Of a DNA stretch of 64,000 nucleotides, positions 30,541 through 39,286 are shown in pieces. Position 1 is the stretch's first letter. Each line of letters starts with the position of its first letter. This DNA is from Patescibacteria group bacterium (GTDB taxonomy: Bacteria > Patescibacteriota > Minisyncoccia > Phycocordibacterales > PALSA-1337). A program made the translations under genes and the position numbers. The stretch spans positions 6,042 to 70,041 of the forward strand of contig JBBTRB010000004.1 of the NCBI GenBank assembly GCA_038065395.1, written 5' to 3'. Below the pieces are notes generated by a model that searched no databases, was not told the origin of the DNA, and worked only from the letters and a program-made list of their open reading frames with translations.

Positions 30541-30612
30541 TGCCCTCGGCAGGAATCGAACCTGCATCTATTCCTTAGGACGGAACTGTTCTATCCATTG
30601 AACTACAAGGGC
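30541..30612 (-). tRNA. tRNA-Arg(CCT)
   Basis: Cloverleaf GCCCTTG..GGTTCGATTCC..CGAGGGCA; anticodon arm gttcc-gtCCTaa-ggaat. Confidence 0.9.
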
Positions 30613-30694
30613 GGAAAAGTAAGCTCGTACCTTTCAACTCTACACCAAACAATAGACTCTCGCCATCTGAGCCATGATTTGCTATAGTAGCGCC

Positions 30695-30961
30695 ATGACG
30701 CCCGAAGAACGTTCTTTGCTCGAACGAACCCATAAACTCGCCGAAGAGAACAACGCTCTTCTACGCAGTATGCGACGCATGTCACGCATATCGGGTGCCT
30801 TACGCATTCTCTACTGGGTCGTCATATTGGGAGTCGGTTTCGGTACATTCTATGTCATTCAGCCGTACGTAGAGTCCTTGCTCACTGTCTTTGGAGATAT
30901 CCAGGCAGCTAGCGGACAGTCTCCCGGAACAGCCAGCTTATTCCTGGATTTGCTCAAGTAG
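30695..30961 (+). CDS. Small conserved-type membrane protein
   Basis: MTPEERSLLE..EENN coiled coil + TM; TGcTATAGT box 6 nt upstream. Confidence 0.65.
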   Translation: MTPEERSLLERTHKLAEENNALLRSMRRMSRISGALRILYWVVILGVGFGTFYVIQPYVESLLTVFGDIQAASGQSPGTASLFLDLLK

Positions 30962-31035
30962 CGTTTGGTCACCAATTCGCCAAGGTAGCTGTCTTGGTAG
31001 GTAACATGATAGATTGAAAATAGCATAACCAATTT

Positions 31036-31111
31036 GCCAAGGTAGCTCAGTTGGTAGAGCATTCCCCTGAAGAGGGAAGGGTCACCAGTTCGATCCTGGT
31101 CCTTGGCACCA
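31036..31111 (+). tRNA. tRNA-Phe(GAA), CCA encoded
   Basis: GCCAAGGTAGCTCAGTTGGTAGAGC..ttccc-ctGAAga-gggaa..GTTCGATCC..CCTTGGCACCA. Confidence 0.95.
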
Positions 31112-31112
31112 C

Positions 31113-31234
31113 AGAGCACCTCTATAATCTTCACCTGCTTCGTTATTTTCTACGCTCAAACTCTCACCATATACTTGATATGGCTCGAGTTTTCGCTTGA
31201 AAATGCCTCGTATATGAAAATCGTGGATACGCTC
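31113..31234 (+). repeat. Dispersed structured repeat, copy C, immediately after tRNA-Phe
   Basis: Homologous to copies A and B, with compensatory changes. Confidence 0.88.
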
Positions 31235-31355
31235 ATATTCTCGGAACGATCCCAAAAACCTAGATTCTACAAGGGTCTGGGTGGGCTTGACATTTCATAT
31301 TAAATGATATAATATACGACTCACGCATATTAACGCGCAATTTCCCCAAAATCCT

Positions 31356-32729
31356 ATGAATAATCCAATCATTTCAGCATACAAAGCCCTGGCGATCGCT
31401 GTGATAGCTATCACGGTAGTATCGATGGTTCCAAGCTCTGCACGCGCATCTGACTTCTTCGATGACCTCGGTCGTATTATCGACCCTGCATGTCTTTTTG
31501 CGTGTGACAACGACTCACCAAAGCGCGTTACCAAGACAGTTACTACAACCAACAACTATACCAACAGCAACAACGTCAACAGTAACATCAACAGTCCTGG
31601 TGCTGTTGTCGTAGATGGCAACGCATACAACCAGACACCAGTATACGCATATGACTATCCGTCATACCCATCATATCCTCAGCAAAACAGTCCTTTGATG
31701 GTCTCTTGTTATCCTATGCCACTTTCTGCCCAAGAAGGCGATCGTGTTCACTGGGTTGCATCTGCCTATGGAGGCAATGGCTCATACAACTACAGTTGGT
31801 CAGGTACCAACGGTCTCTCTGGTAGTGGTGCCGAAGTTACCAAGCGCTACACAAGTTCTGGTTACAAGAACGCCACGATCCGTGTGATCTCTGGCAACCA
31901 AACCAAATCTCAAAACTGTGATGCATCAGTCTATATTAGTGGTGATTATGATGACGACTATGATTACGACTATCCTCATTATCCCAACTACCCTCAGCAG
32001 TACCCACTCTCGGTCTATTGTTCAGTGAACACTACCTTCGTACAGGCTGGTGGAACAGCTACCTGGACAGCATATGCGTCTGGTGGCAACGGTTCATATC
32101 GTTATAGTTGGTCTGGAACAGATGGTCTCTATGGTTCTGGTCAGAGTATCTATAACCGTTATTACAATACTGGTACCAAGTACGGCACCGTGACCGTTCA
32201 TTCTGACGGACAGAGTGTTACTCGTAGTTGTAACAATGTCTTGAATGTGGGTGTCCCTGTCACCGGGTACAATCCATATCCTCAGGGCAACAACCTCGAG
32301 CTTGATGTTGCATGTTATGCAGATCCTGTCAGTCCTCGTATCAACCAGCCGATCACCTGGACAGTAGAAGTCGTCGGTGGTCAGTCTCCATACACCTATT
32401 CATGGTCTGGAACAGATGGTCTTTCGGGTACCCAGAGTTCTGTAGTCAAATACTACGCTACAACAGGGGAGAAGAGTGCGATCATCGCGATCACCTCTGC
32501 TGATGGACGCAGTACCACACGTGCATGTAGTCATGCGGTATCTGTTCGCGGAGCGGCTTCAACAGTCCAGCCTGCACCACAGGCCCCGGTTAACACCGAA
32601 GATACCAGTCTCTCCGCGGCATCACTCTTCTCTTTGAAGAACGTGCCATGGGGCTTGGTAGCGATACTCGTTATTCTTGTCCTTGCAGGAACAGTCTTGT
32701 ACTTGCTCTTGAATAAGAGCAAGATGTAA
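31356..32729 (+). CDS. Secreted, membrane-anchored protein with three PKD/Ig-like repeats
   Basis: Three C..W.A...GGxxxY.YSWSGT.GL.G repeats; Tyr/Pro linkers; C-terminal TM. Confidence 0.75.
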   Translation: MNNPIISAYKALAIAVIAITVVSMVPSSARASDFFDDLGRIIDPACLFACDNDSPKRVTKTVTTTNNYTNSNNVNSNINSPGAVVVDGNAYNQTPVYAYDYPSYPSYPQQNSPLMVSCYPMPLSAQEGDRVHWVASAYGGNGSYNYSWSGTNGLSGSGAEVTKRYTSSGYKNATIRVISGNQTKSQNCDASVYISGDYDDDYDYDYPHYPNYPQQYPLSVYCSVNTTFVQAGGTATWTAYASGGNGSYRYSWSGTDGLYGSGQSIYNRYYNTGTKYGTVTVHSDGQSVTRSCNNVLNVGVPVTGYNPYPQGNNLELDVACYADPVSPRINQPITWTVEVVGGQSPYTYSWSGTDGLSGTQSSVVKYYATTGEKSAIIAITSADGRSTTRACSHAVSVRGAASTVQPAPQAPVNTEDTSLSAASLFSLKNVPWGLVAILVILVLAGTVLYLLLNKSKM

Positions 32730-32738
32730 ACGATAGAT

Positions 32739-32860
32739 CGCCTTCGCGGATCTTCAGTGGGTTTACCACGCCGAAGATCCGCTCCGGCGGATCGAAGATC
32801 GAACGAGCGGGCTTGGTCCTCCGAAGCTCTCTGAGCGAAGGAGACTGCGAACTCCAAATA
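32739..32860. repeat. Cluster of REP-like palindromes
   Basis: gcggatcttc..gaagatccgc hairpin and cctccgaag-ctctctgag-cgaaggag. Confidence 0.6.
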
Positions 32861-32958
32861 CAATAATGTCTACAAAAGGCCCCAGAAATGGGGCTTTTTG
32901 GTGCTATTGACATTGAGTAGTTAAGTATGCTACTATTTATACAGGTAGAAATGATCTT

Positions 32959-33393
32959 ATGACAATCACAACAGAAGAACTACAGGCAACAGCTCCAGCT
33001 GTTCCTGCCAAGGCACAACAGATGTCTGGATTGAAGAATCCTTTTATCTCGTTACAGAGTCTCGAATCTCTGTGCCAAGGGAATGAGACTTTAGAGGAAT
33101 GTCTACGCGACATGGTTACGTATTCGCTTCGATATGCTGAAACAGTCTGTCGATTCGAACAGATCGTAGCCCGTGGACAAGATTCGAACCAGGATGGTGC
33201 ACGTGAAGAAATCGAACGAGTTCGTTCGACTATCCATGATTCAACGATCGATGCAATCAAAATTCTGTCACGGACCATGAGGACTCATGGTAAAGACAAT
33301 GGATGGATTTCGAAGATGCACACGATTGGACGGGCCGGTTACGGCAAGTTTGCAATCCTGATCGCTTTCGAGGTTGTATTGGGAAAGGTGTAA
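32959..33393 (+). CDS. Hypothetical helical protein (possibly DUF3232-like)
   Basis: Y.ETV.RFE..REEIERVRSTIHD..IKILSR pattern; weak recollection only. Confidence 0.55.
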   Translation: MTITTEELQATAPAVPAKAQQMSGLKNPFISLQSLESLCQGNETLEECLRDMVTYSLRYAETVCRFEQIVARGQDSNQDGAREEIERVRSTIHDSTIDAIKILSRTMRTHGKDNGWISKMHTIGRAGYGKFAILIAFEVVLGKV

Positions 33394-33395
33394 CA

Positions 33396-33590
33396 ATGCC
33401 CAACGAACAAAAACAACTTATCCTTCGGTACGCTCAACTGGTTCTCGGTAAAGAAGCCAGAAAAGAGCTGAATGAAACAAATCCTGATCTTGAAAAAGAG
33501 ATGGATACGATTCGTAAGACGCTTGGTGTGGAGCATGAGGCTATCCTCGAGCTTGCGGCCAAAAATGTTGTCGATGAATTCAACTGTTGA
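33396..33590 (+). CDS. Small hypothetical protein
   Basis: ATG 2 nt after the upstream stop; followed by a terminator. Confidence 0.55.
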   Translation: MPNEQKQLILRYAQLVLGKEARKELNETNPDLEKEMDTIRKTLGVEHEAILELAAKNVVDEFNC

Positions 33591-33602
33591 TTTATAACTC
33601 AC

Positions 33603-33636
33603 ATACCCCGCGGACATGTTCCGTGGGGTATTTTTT
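33603..33636. terminator. Terminator between convergent genes
   Basis: ataccccgcgga-catgt-tccgtggggtat + T-run. Confidence 0.7.
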
Positions 33637-35391
33637 CTACTTCCTCTCCTTGATCTCTCCCGCCACTTTTTTCAATACTTCTTCTGCACTCATCTGTCCA
33701 ACCTGACCATGATCACGACTTTCGAGAGTGACTTTGTCTACAGCGATGTCTTTGTCACCAATGATGATGAAATACGGGATACGAGCGTTCTTGGCATTGC
33801 GGACTTTTTTGCCGAAGCCGTCGTTGGATAGGTCTACTTCGGAGCGGATCATTTGGTCACGCAAGAGCGTGTTCATCTTCTCTGCTGCAGAGACATGAGC
33901 CTCGCCGATCGGGATGACTTTGACCTGGACCGGAGAGAGCCACAGAGGCAGGTTGCCGGCATAATGTTCGATGAGGAAGCCGATGAAGCGTTCGTGTGTG
34001 CCCAGTGGTGCACGATGGATACAGAGTGGAGTCTTTTTGGTGCCGTCTTTGTCGACGTATTCGAGGTCGAAGCGACGTGTCTGAGCAAAGTCGACTTGGT
34101 TGGTTGCCAGGGTGAATTCTCGGCCGATCGCACTCCATACCTGGACGTCGATCTTCGGTCCATAGAAAGCGGCTTCGTTGGGGATCTCAACAAAAGGGAT
34201 ATTGGACTCGACGAGCACTTTTCGTACCATGTCCTCGGTCTTCTTCCAGAGTTCTGGTTCGTCGACGAACTTGTCACCGAGACGCTTGGGGTCATGGGTG
34301 GAAAAACGCATGACGTACTTGTCGATACCGAAGATCTTGAAGTAGTGGAGATACATGTCGTTGACGGCACGGAACTCTTCTGCGAATTGTTCTTCGGTAC
34401 AGTAGAGGTGGGCATCGTTCATCTGCATCGAGCGTACACGCATGAGACCGAAGAGTTCACCGGATTTCTCATGACGATATACAGTGCCGTATTCGGCCAG
34501 GCGCAAGGGTAGGTCGCGATAACTCTTGGGACGAGCAGCAAAGATCTTGTGATGGTGCGGGCAGTTCATGGCCTTGAGATAGTACTTGCCACCCTCATAC
34601 TCCATCGGAGGGAACATGGAATCTTCGTAGTAAGGGAGATGTCCACTCTTTTTGTACATGGATTCTTTTGCGATATGAGGTGTGTGTACGCGTTCGTAGC
34701 CAGCTTTGAATTCGGTTTCTTTTGCGAGCTTCTCGAGTTCTTCGATGATAGCGCCACCGTTGGGCAACCACAGTGCGAGACCAGGACCTACATCATCATC
34801 AAAATCGAAGATGTCGAGCTCTTTGCCCAGCTTGCGATGGTCGCGCTTCTCGGCTTCTTTCATCATCTGCTCGTATGCATCGAGCTCTTTTTTTGTGTTG
34901 AATGAGAGACCGTAGATACGGGTGAGCTGTGTGTTGTTCTCGTTGCCACGCCAATATGCTCCCGCGATGTGGGTGAGTTTGAATGAGTCGGGTGCAATGT
35001 CTGATGACGGGTTGTCGCTATGTCCACCACGACAGAGGTCGGTGAAGGCGCCAGCAGTATAGAGAGTGATAGGCTCTTTCTTGTCTCCTATTTCGTCGAT
35101 CAACTCTTTTTTGTATTTGTTTCCCTGAAATGCGGTACGTGCTTCGTCAGCTGAAGTTTCTCTACCGGTCATCGCCTTCCATGAAGGGAGGAGTTGGCGC
35201 ATCTTCTTTTCTATTTCTTTGAGGTTCGCGTCGGTGATCGGGGTACTGAACTCGAAGTCGTAATAAAAGCCATTGCCGATAGCGGGACCGATGGTCGGCT
35301 TTGCATCTGGATAGAACTCCAAAACTGCTGCGGCCAATAAATGGGCGAGTGTGTGGCGCTTTGCCTGGAGTTGAGGGTCGGTGGGGTTCAT
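33637..35391 (-). CDS. thrS: Threonine--tRNA ligase (no TGS domain)
   Basis: RHTLAHLLA, GPAIGNGFYYD, DLCRGGH, RDHRKLG, KAMNCPHH, AAFYGPKID. Confidence 0.97.
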   Translation of the reverse strand: MNPTDPQLQAKRHTLAHLLAAAVLEFYPDAKPTIGPAIGNGFYYDFEFSTPITDANLKEIEKKMRQLLPSWKAMTGRETSADEARTAFQGNKYKKELIDEIGDKKEPITLYTAGAFTDLCRGGHSDNPSSDIAPDSFKLTHIAGAYWRGNENNTQLTRIYGLSFNTKKELDAYEQMMKEAEKRDHRKLGKELDIFDFDDDVGPGLALWLPNGGAIIEELEKLAKETEFKAGYERVHTPHIAKESMYKKSGHLPYYEDSMFPPMEYEGGKYYLKAMNCPHHHKIFAARPKSYRDLPLRLAEYGTVYRHEKSGELFGLMRVRSMQMNDAHLYCTEEQFAEEFRAVNDMYLHYFKIFGIDKYVMRFSTHDPKRLGDKFVDEPELWKKTEDMVRKVLVESNIPFVEIPNEAAFYGPKIDVQVWSAIGREFTLATNQVDFAQTRRFDLEYVDKDGTKKTPLCIHRAPLGTHERFIGFLIEHYAGNLPLWLSPVQVKVIPIGEAHVSAAEKMNTLLRDQMIRSEVDLSNDGFGKKVRNAKNARIPYFIIIGDKDIAVDKVTLESRDHGQVGQMSAEEVLKKVAGEIKERK

Positions 35392-35485
35392 GGATGGTAA
35401 TATAGCATTTTTAGTGTAATTACAACATAGATATAAGGTCCAGGAAATTGTTCAGTGTATATATTAGCATTATAATTAGCAATCT

Positions 35486-35965
35486 ATGGATTTTGACGCT
35501 CTTAAATTCAATAGGATAAAAGAAGAGGCCGAGAGTTTCTATAAATCTCTAGGTGAAATTTACTGTCCGTATTTTAAAGAAAAGGTCTCTTTTAACAGAA
35601 AAGGCTTCGAGCACTTAAAGTTTATTGGAAGAGGTCAAGCACGTTCAGAGAAAGATCAATTTCAGAGATTTAGATTATTACATCTTGCTCCTCAGGTCTT
35701 GGGTTTGACTACTACAATACAAGGGGTCTGGAATACAAGTCATTTCGAAGAGATTAAGAGTAATTCCAGAGTAGAATTTCTACTCAAAAATGTAACTTAC
35801 TACGAATTCATTTCGGTACTTACGTATAAACAAAACTTAAGAAGGGTTAGAATTATAGTTAAGCAAGTAGAAAATAGTTCTAAATACTTTTGGAGTATTA
35901 TTCCAGATTTCAAAAATAAGATAGGTCAAACAAGGGCAATGGGTCTGGAGTTGGAGAATGAGTAA
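35486..35965 (+). CDS. Low-GC hypothetical protein, putative BECR/RelE-like RNase
   Basis: FNRKGFEHLKF..R.RLL..YYEF..RVRIIVK..KYFWSIIP pattern; TTGTTC-17-TATAAT promoter at 35448-35476. Confidence 0.55.
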   Translation: MDFDALKFNRIKEEAESFYKSLGEIYCPYFKEKVSFNRKGFEHLKFIGRGQARSEKDQFQRFRLLHLAPQVLGLTTTIQGVWNTSHFEEIKSNSRVEFLLKNVTYYEFISVLTYKQNLRRVRIIVKQVENSSKYFWSIIPDFKNKIGQTRAMGLELENE

Positions 35966-36059
35966 CAAAAAACACCACGATGTGGTGTTTTTTGAAGGCA
36001 CTTGGCTACAGTGTGAATCAAACAAGAACTGTGAGAGGGCCTTAGCCCTTCCAAGTGCT
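35966..36059 (-). ncRNA. Candidate ~94-nt structured sRNA convergent with the putative RNase
   Basis: Closing stem gcacttgg/ccaagtgc, inner hairpins agggc/gccct and acagt/actgt, terminator aaaaaacaccac-atc-gtggtgtttttt, upstream promoter. Confidence 0.6.
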
Positions 36060-36065
36060 AACTAT

Positions 36066-36094
36066 AGTTTAGTGTATGAGTTATAAAAAATCAA
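36066..36094 (-). promoter_or_regulatory. Sigma70-type promoter for the candidate sRNA
   Basis: TTGATT-17 bp-TAAACT on the minus strand, 6-7 nt before the closing stem. Confidence 0.6.
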
Positions 36095-36130
36095 GTTGAC
36101 TTGAGTGTGTATACGGGGGATCATATACAC

Positions 36131-37030
36131 ATGTCCCACCCTCTTTTCAGAAAAGTCATCCCTGCTCTCTCGATAGTAGTCGCACTGGTCGCAGTTAGTG
36201 TTGCGGTATATGCACTGACCGGTAATGCACCAGAACAAAAGCTTGGTATCTTCCTGTATCCAGAGACGATCTTGCCGGGCGATCCGGTGTTCGTGACGAT
36301 ACATGCAACCTCAACTCCCGTAGAAGTATTCGTCGATGGCCAGATAGTCCCGATATTCTTATACCAGGGAGTACCTCATGCACTGTACGCGGTTGATTTT
36401 AACGAAAAGGTCTTGGCACACGAAGTCAAGGTGGTTTTCGAAAGTGGGGAGGTCAGGGAGGTTCCTTTTACCATCACACCACGAGCCAAGATCGAAAGAC
36501 CGATCGGTATCCCAGAGAAGCTCGGTGGCAATACGCCGGTGGCGAGTAAAAACCTGGTGAACAATCTAGCCCGAGAGAATGCAGAGATCGCACGTGTCAC
36601 ATCGAGTGTTACACAGCTATGGGAAGATGCGTTCGTGCTACCTCTCACAAATATTTTCGTAACTGACGACTACGGCTATGACCGGGCAACTGTTGGACAG
36701 ACGATCGTCCACAAGGGCACGGACTTCCGTGCGGCTACGGGCACTCCGGTTGTGGCCATGAATGCGGGTAAGGTAGTTCTCGCCAAAGAATTCACCGTCT
36801 ATGGCAACACGGTCATCGTAGACCACGGTCTCGGTGTCCATACGCTCTACATGCACCTCTCTCATCTCGATGTGAAGGTGGGGGACACGGTCGTGCGAGG
36901 ACAGCTCCTGGGGCAGAGCGGTGTGACTGGATATGCCAACGCTCCACATCTCCATGTCAGTCTAAAAGTAGGAGGAGTATCGATCGATCCGATGGTGTTC
37001 GTGGGGTTTTGGGAGGAGGTTGACCACTGA
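36131..37030 (+). CDS. M23 family metallopeptidase
   Basis: HKGTD, YMHLS, PHLH motifs; N-terminal TM. Confidence 0.9.
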   Translation: MSHPLFRKVIPALSIVVALVAVSVAVYALTGNAPEQKLGIFLYPETILPGDPVFVTIHATSTPVEVFVDGQIVPIFLYQGVPHALYAVDFNEKVLAHEVKVVFESGEVREVPFTITPRAKIERPIGIPEKLGGNTPVASKNLVNNLARENAEIARVTSSVTQLWEDAFVLPLTNIFVTDDYGYDRATVGQTIVHKGTDFRAATGTPVVAMNAGKVVLAKEFTVYGNTVIVDHGLGVHTLYMHLSHLDVKVGDTVVRGQLLGQSGVTGYANAPHLHVSLKVGGVSIDPMVFVGFWEEVDH

Positions 37031-37120
37031 TTAAACAAATGTTATTATTTTGACTTAAATCGGATTGCGCTAAGCGCAGTAGCGAAAATTGATCGTTGAA
37101 AACTCAAAAATAAATTCTGA

Positions 37121-38260
37121 ATGAAACAATGTATAGTCAGTATTTGCGTGTATCTTTGTGGTACGTTCGTTTCTCTTGCCGCTGATTTTAGTTTGACATT
37201 TACGCCACATCCAGCAAGGGTCACTTTGGGCTCGAATGTTTTATTGAACACTATCCAATTCTCGTCACGAAACACCTCAGGTGCCCGAGCTGACCTTGTA
37301 TGGATTTTCGATTATCTCCCCGCCCCTGTCTTCCAGACAATTACTGATACTAATGGTGAAGGTCCAGGGTATTGTTTTTGTGGCAGAAGGCAAGACTTCA
37401 ATTTGTTTACGAATTGGAGACTTGTTGATGATCGAGGAATTATTGTTGGCCACGGCTCTGTCATTTTGCCTCATTATCCTGAGACCATGATGGCACGATT
37501 GGTATTTACAAATGTGTCGTTGTCACTAGGAACGAATAAGAACCTGTCATTATCTTTGTTTGCGACCATGGCTTACGATCTTGAAAAAGACATCTCTAGG
37601 GGAATCGTAAGCGGTGATGAAGTGAGAACATCCCTCCTCATGTCTGATCTTAAGATATGGGAAGGAGAAGAACGTCTTTCATTCGAAATGGTTAATAATC
37701 AGCCGGCGCTCGATTATACAATCATTGAGAGGAAACATTATTCAGCGATTGATTTAATAACAGAAGTCGGCGACGAATTGTTGCTTACTGCTCGAGTCGA
37801 ACCTGGTAAACTGTTTAGGCTCGAAGTTGCTGAAAAAATTGACTCGCAAGATAAGTTCAAGAAAGTCTATAGTGGAAGTGAGACTGTTCTTGGGAATGAG
37901 TACGGAGAGATTTTCTTCTTGGTACCCAAATTCTCTGATCGAAACAGATACTTCCGTGTTCGAAGTGTGGAAGATGCAGATATTGATTCGTTCGATCTTG
38001 TCCATATAGGAATTATTCTTCTGGAAAATGGAAGTAATTCTGAAACGGTTCGTGCAGGACAAGTCCTAATTCGTCCGGAAATCAGAACAACAGAACGGGT
38101 TAGGCCGATCGAATACAATTGGTTATCTGATATTGGTGAAACTGGACATCAGGAGAATTTCGCTCCCACTTTCGCGGCAGGAGTACACTGGGTTAGGCTC
38201 TATGTGCGAGGTGCTGCCACTGATGCATTAGCATTTAAGTGGATCATTGTCCGTCCGTAA
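37121..38260 (+). CDS. Secreted hypothetical protein
   Basis: Signal peptide; beta-rich; lower GC; terminator after the stop. Confidence 0.6.
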   Translation: MKQCIVSICVYLCGTFVSLAADFSLTFTPHPARVTLGSNVLLNTIQFSSRNTSGARADLVWIFDYLPAPVFQTITDTNGEGPGYCFCGRRQDFNLFTNWRLVDDRGIIVGHGSVILPHYPETMMARLVFTNVSLSLGTNKNLSLSLFATMAYDLEKDISRGIVSGDEVRTSLLMSDLKIWEGEERLSFEMVNNQPALDYTIIERKHYSAIDLITEVGDELLLTARVEPGKLFRLEVAEKIDSQDKFKKVYSGSETVLGNEYGEIFFLVPKFSDRNRYFRVRSVEDADIDSFDLVHIGIILLENGSNSETVRAGQVLIRPEIRTTERVRPIEYNWLSDIGETGHQENFAPTFAAGVHWVRLYVRGAATDALAFKWIIVRP

Positions 38261-38387
38261 TTGAACGGAATTATTTTATACCACCGTTCGCGTAACAGCG
38301 ACTGGTGGTTTTTTATTTCCCACAACGCTACACCTTCACTCACCCCACCAGAGTATCGATTTACTAATATAACTATACAGATGTATC

Positions 38388-39044
38388 ATGACTATCTATA
38401 AAAAATGGTTACAAAGGGTTGTGCGAGGAGTTGGGGTGATCGTAGTGACAGTACTCGTATCCGGGATATCCGCATCTGTCTTTGCGGCGACGTTGGAGCG
38501 TGAACTAGAGGTAGGCGCAACAGGGACTGATGTATCTGCACTGCAGACATTTCTCGCACAAGACTCGACGATATATCCGCAAGGTCTCGTTACCGGATAC
38601 TTCGGCTTTCTTACTAAGGCAGCAGTCTCGAATTTCCAAAGTCGCAATGATATCCCTACCGTGGGTCGTGTCGGACCTTTGACCTTGAGAATACTCAACA
38701 GTCAGATGTCGGGACCTATTGTGGGTAGCAGCGGTGTTGCACCGACTATATCCAATGCCTCCATAAGTACCGGCAGGAACAGTGTGAATCTCAACTGGAA
38801 TACCAACGAGTACGCAAGTGGTGTTGTGTACTACAGTGAGAATCCTCTTATATTGAGAGAACAATTCAACTCTGTCGATGTGTCAGGGAACTTCTCTACA
38901 GCTAACGCTGGTTCAGGTACGTCACTGAATGCAGTGATCTCCGGATTATCATCGGATACACGATATTACTACATGGTCTATGTGACAGATCAAACAGGCA
39001 ATGTCAGTGTCATGTGGCCGTCTACCTTCCAAACAACAAACTAA
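38388..39044 (+). CDS. Peptidoglycan-binding domain + FN3-like secreted protein
   Basis: GTDVSALQTFL..TGYFGFLTKAAVSNFQ..GRVGPLT; ISGLSSDTRYYY. Confidence 0.82.
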   Translation: MTIYKKWLQRVVRGVGVIVVTVLVSGISASVFAATLERELEVGATGTDVSALQTFLAQDSTIYPQGLVTGYFGFLTKAAVSNFQSRNDIPTVGRVGPLTLRILNSQMSGPIVGSSGVAPTISNASISTGRNSVNLNWNTNEYASGVVYYSENPLILREQFNSVDVSGNFSTANAGSGTSLNAVISGLSSDTRYYYMVYVTDQTGNVSVMWPSTFQTTN

Positions 39045-39286
39045 TCTATATACAATTTGGAAGAACATGAAACCGTTTCATCATATATGAACGGTTTTTG
39101 TGTGTGGGGAGATAGATCCGATGGTGTTCGTGGGGTTTTGGGAGGAATACATTTACAGCAGGTAAGATTACATAGGATTGGACTATCGGATACTTTTATG
39201 GTATCTATATTTTAGAAACTATACTGGAAAACACCCAGAATAACGCACCTTTACAGTTAAGGTGACGAACAACCTGAAAGGATGAT

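Larger units (their letters stand above)
36986..39146 (+). repeat. 32-bp direct repeat (36986-37017 and 39115-39146) flanking a two-gene cassette
   Basis: gatccgatggtgttcgtggggttttgggagga present twice. Confidence 0.85.
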
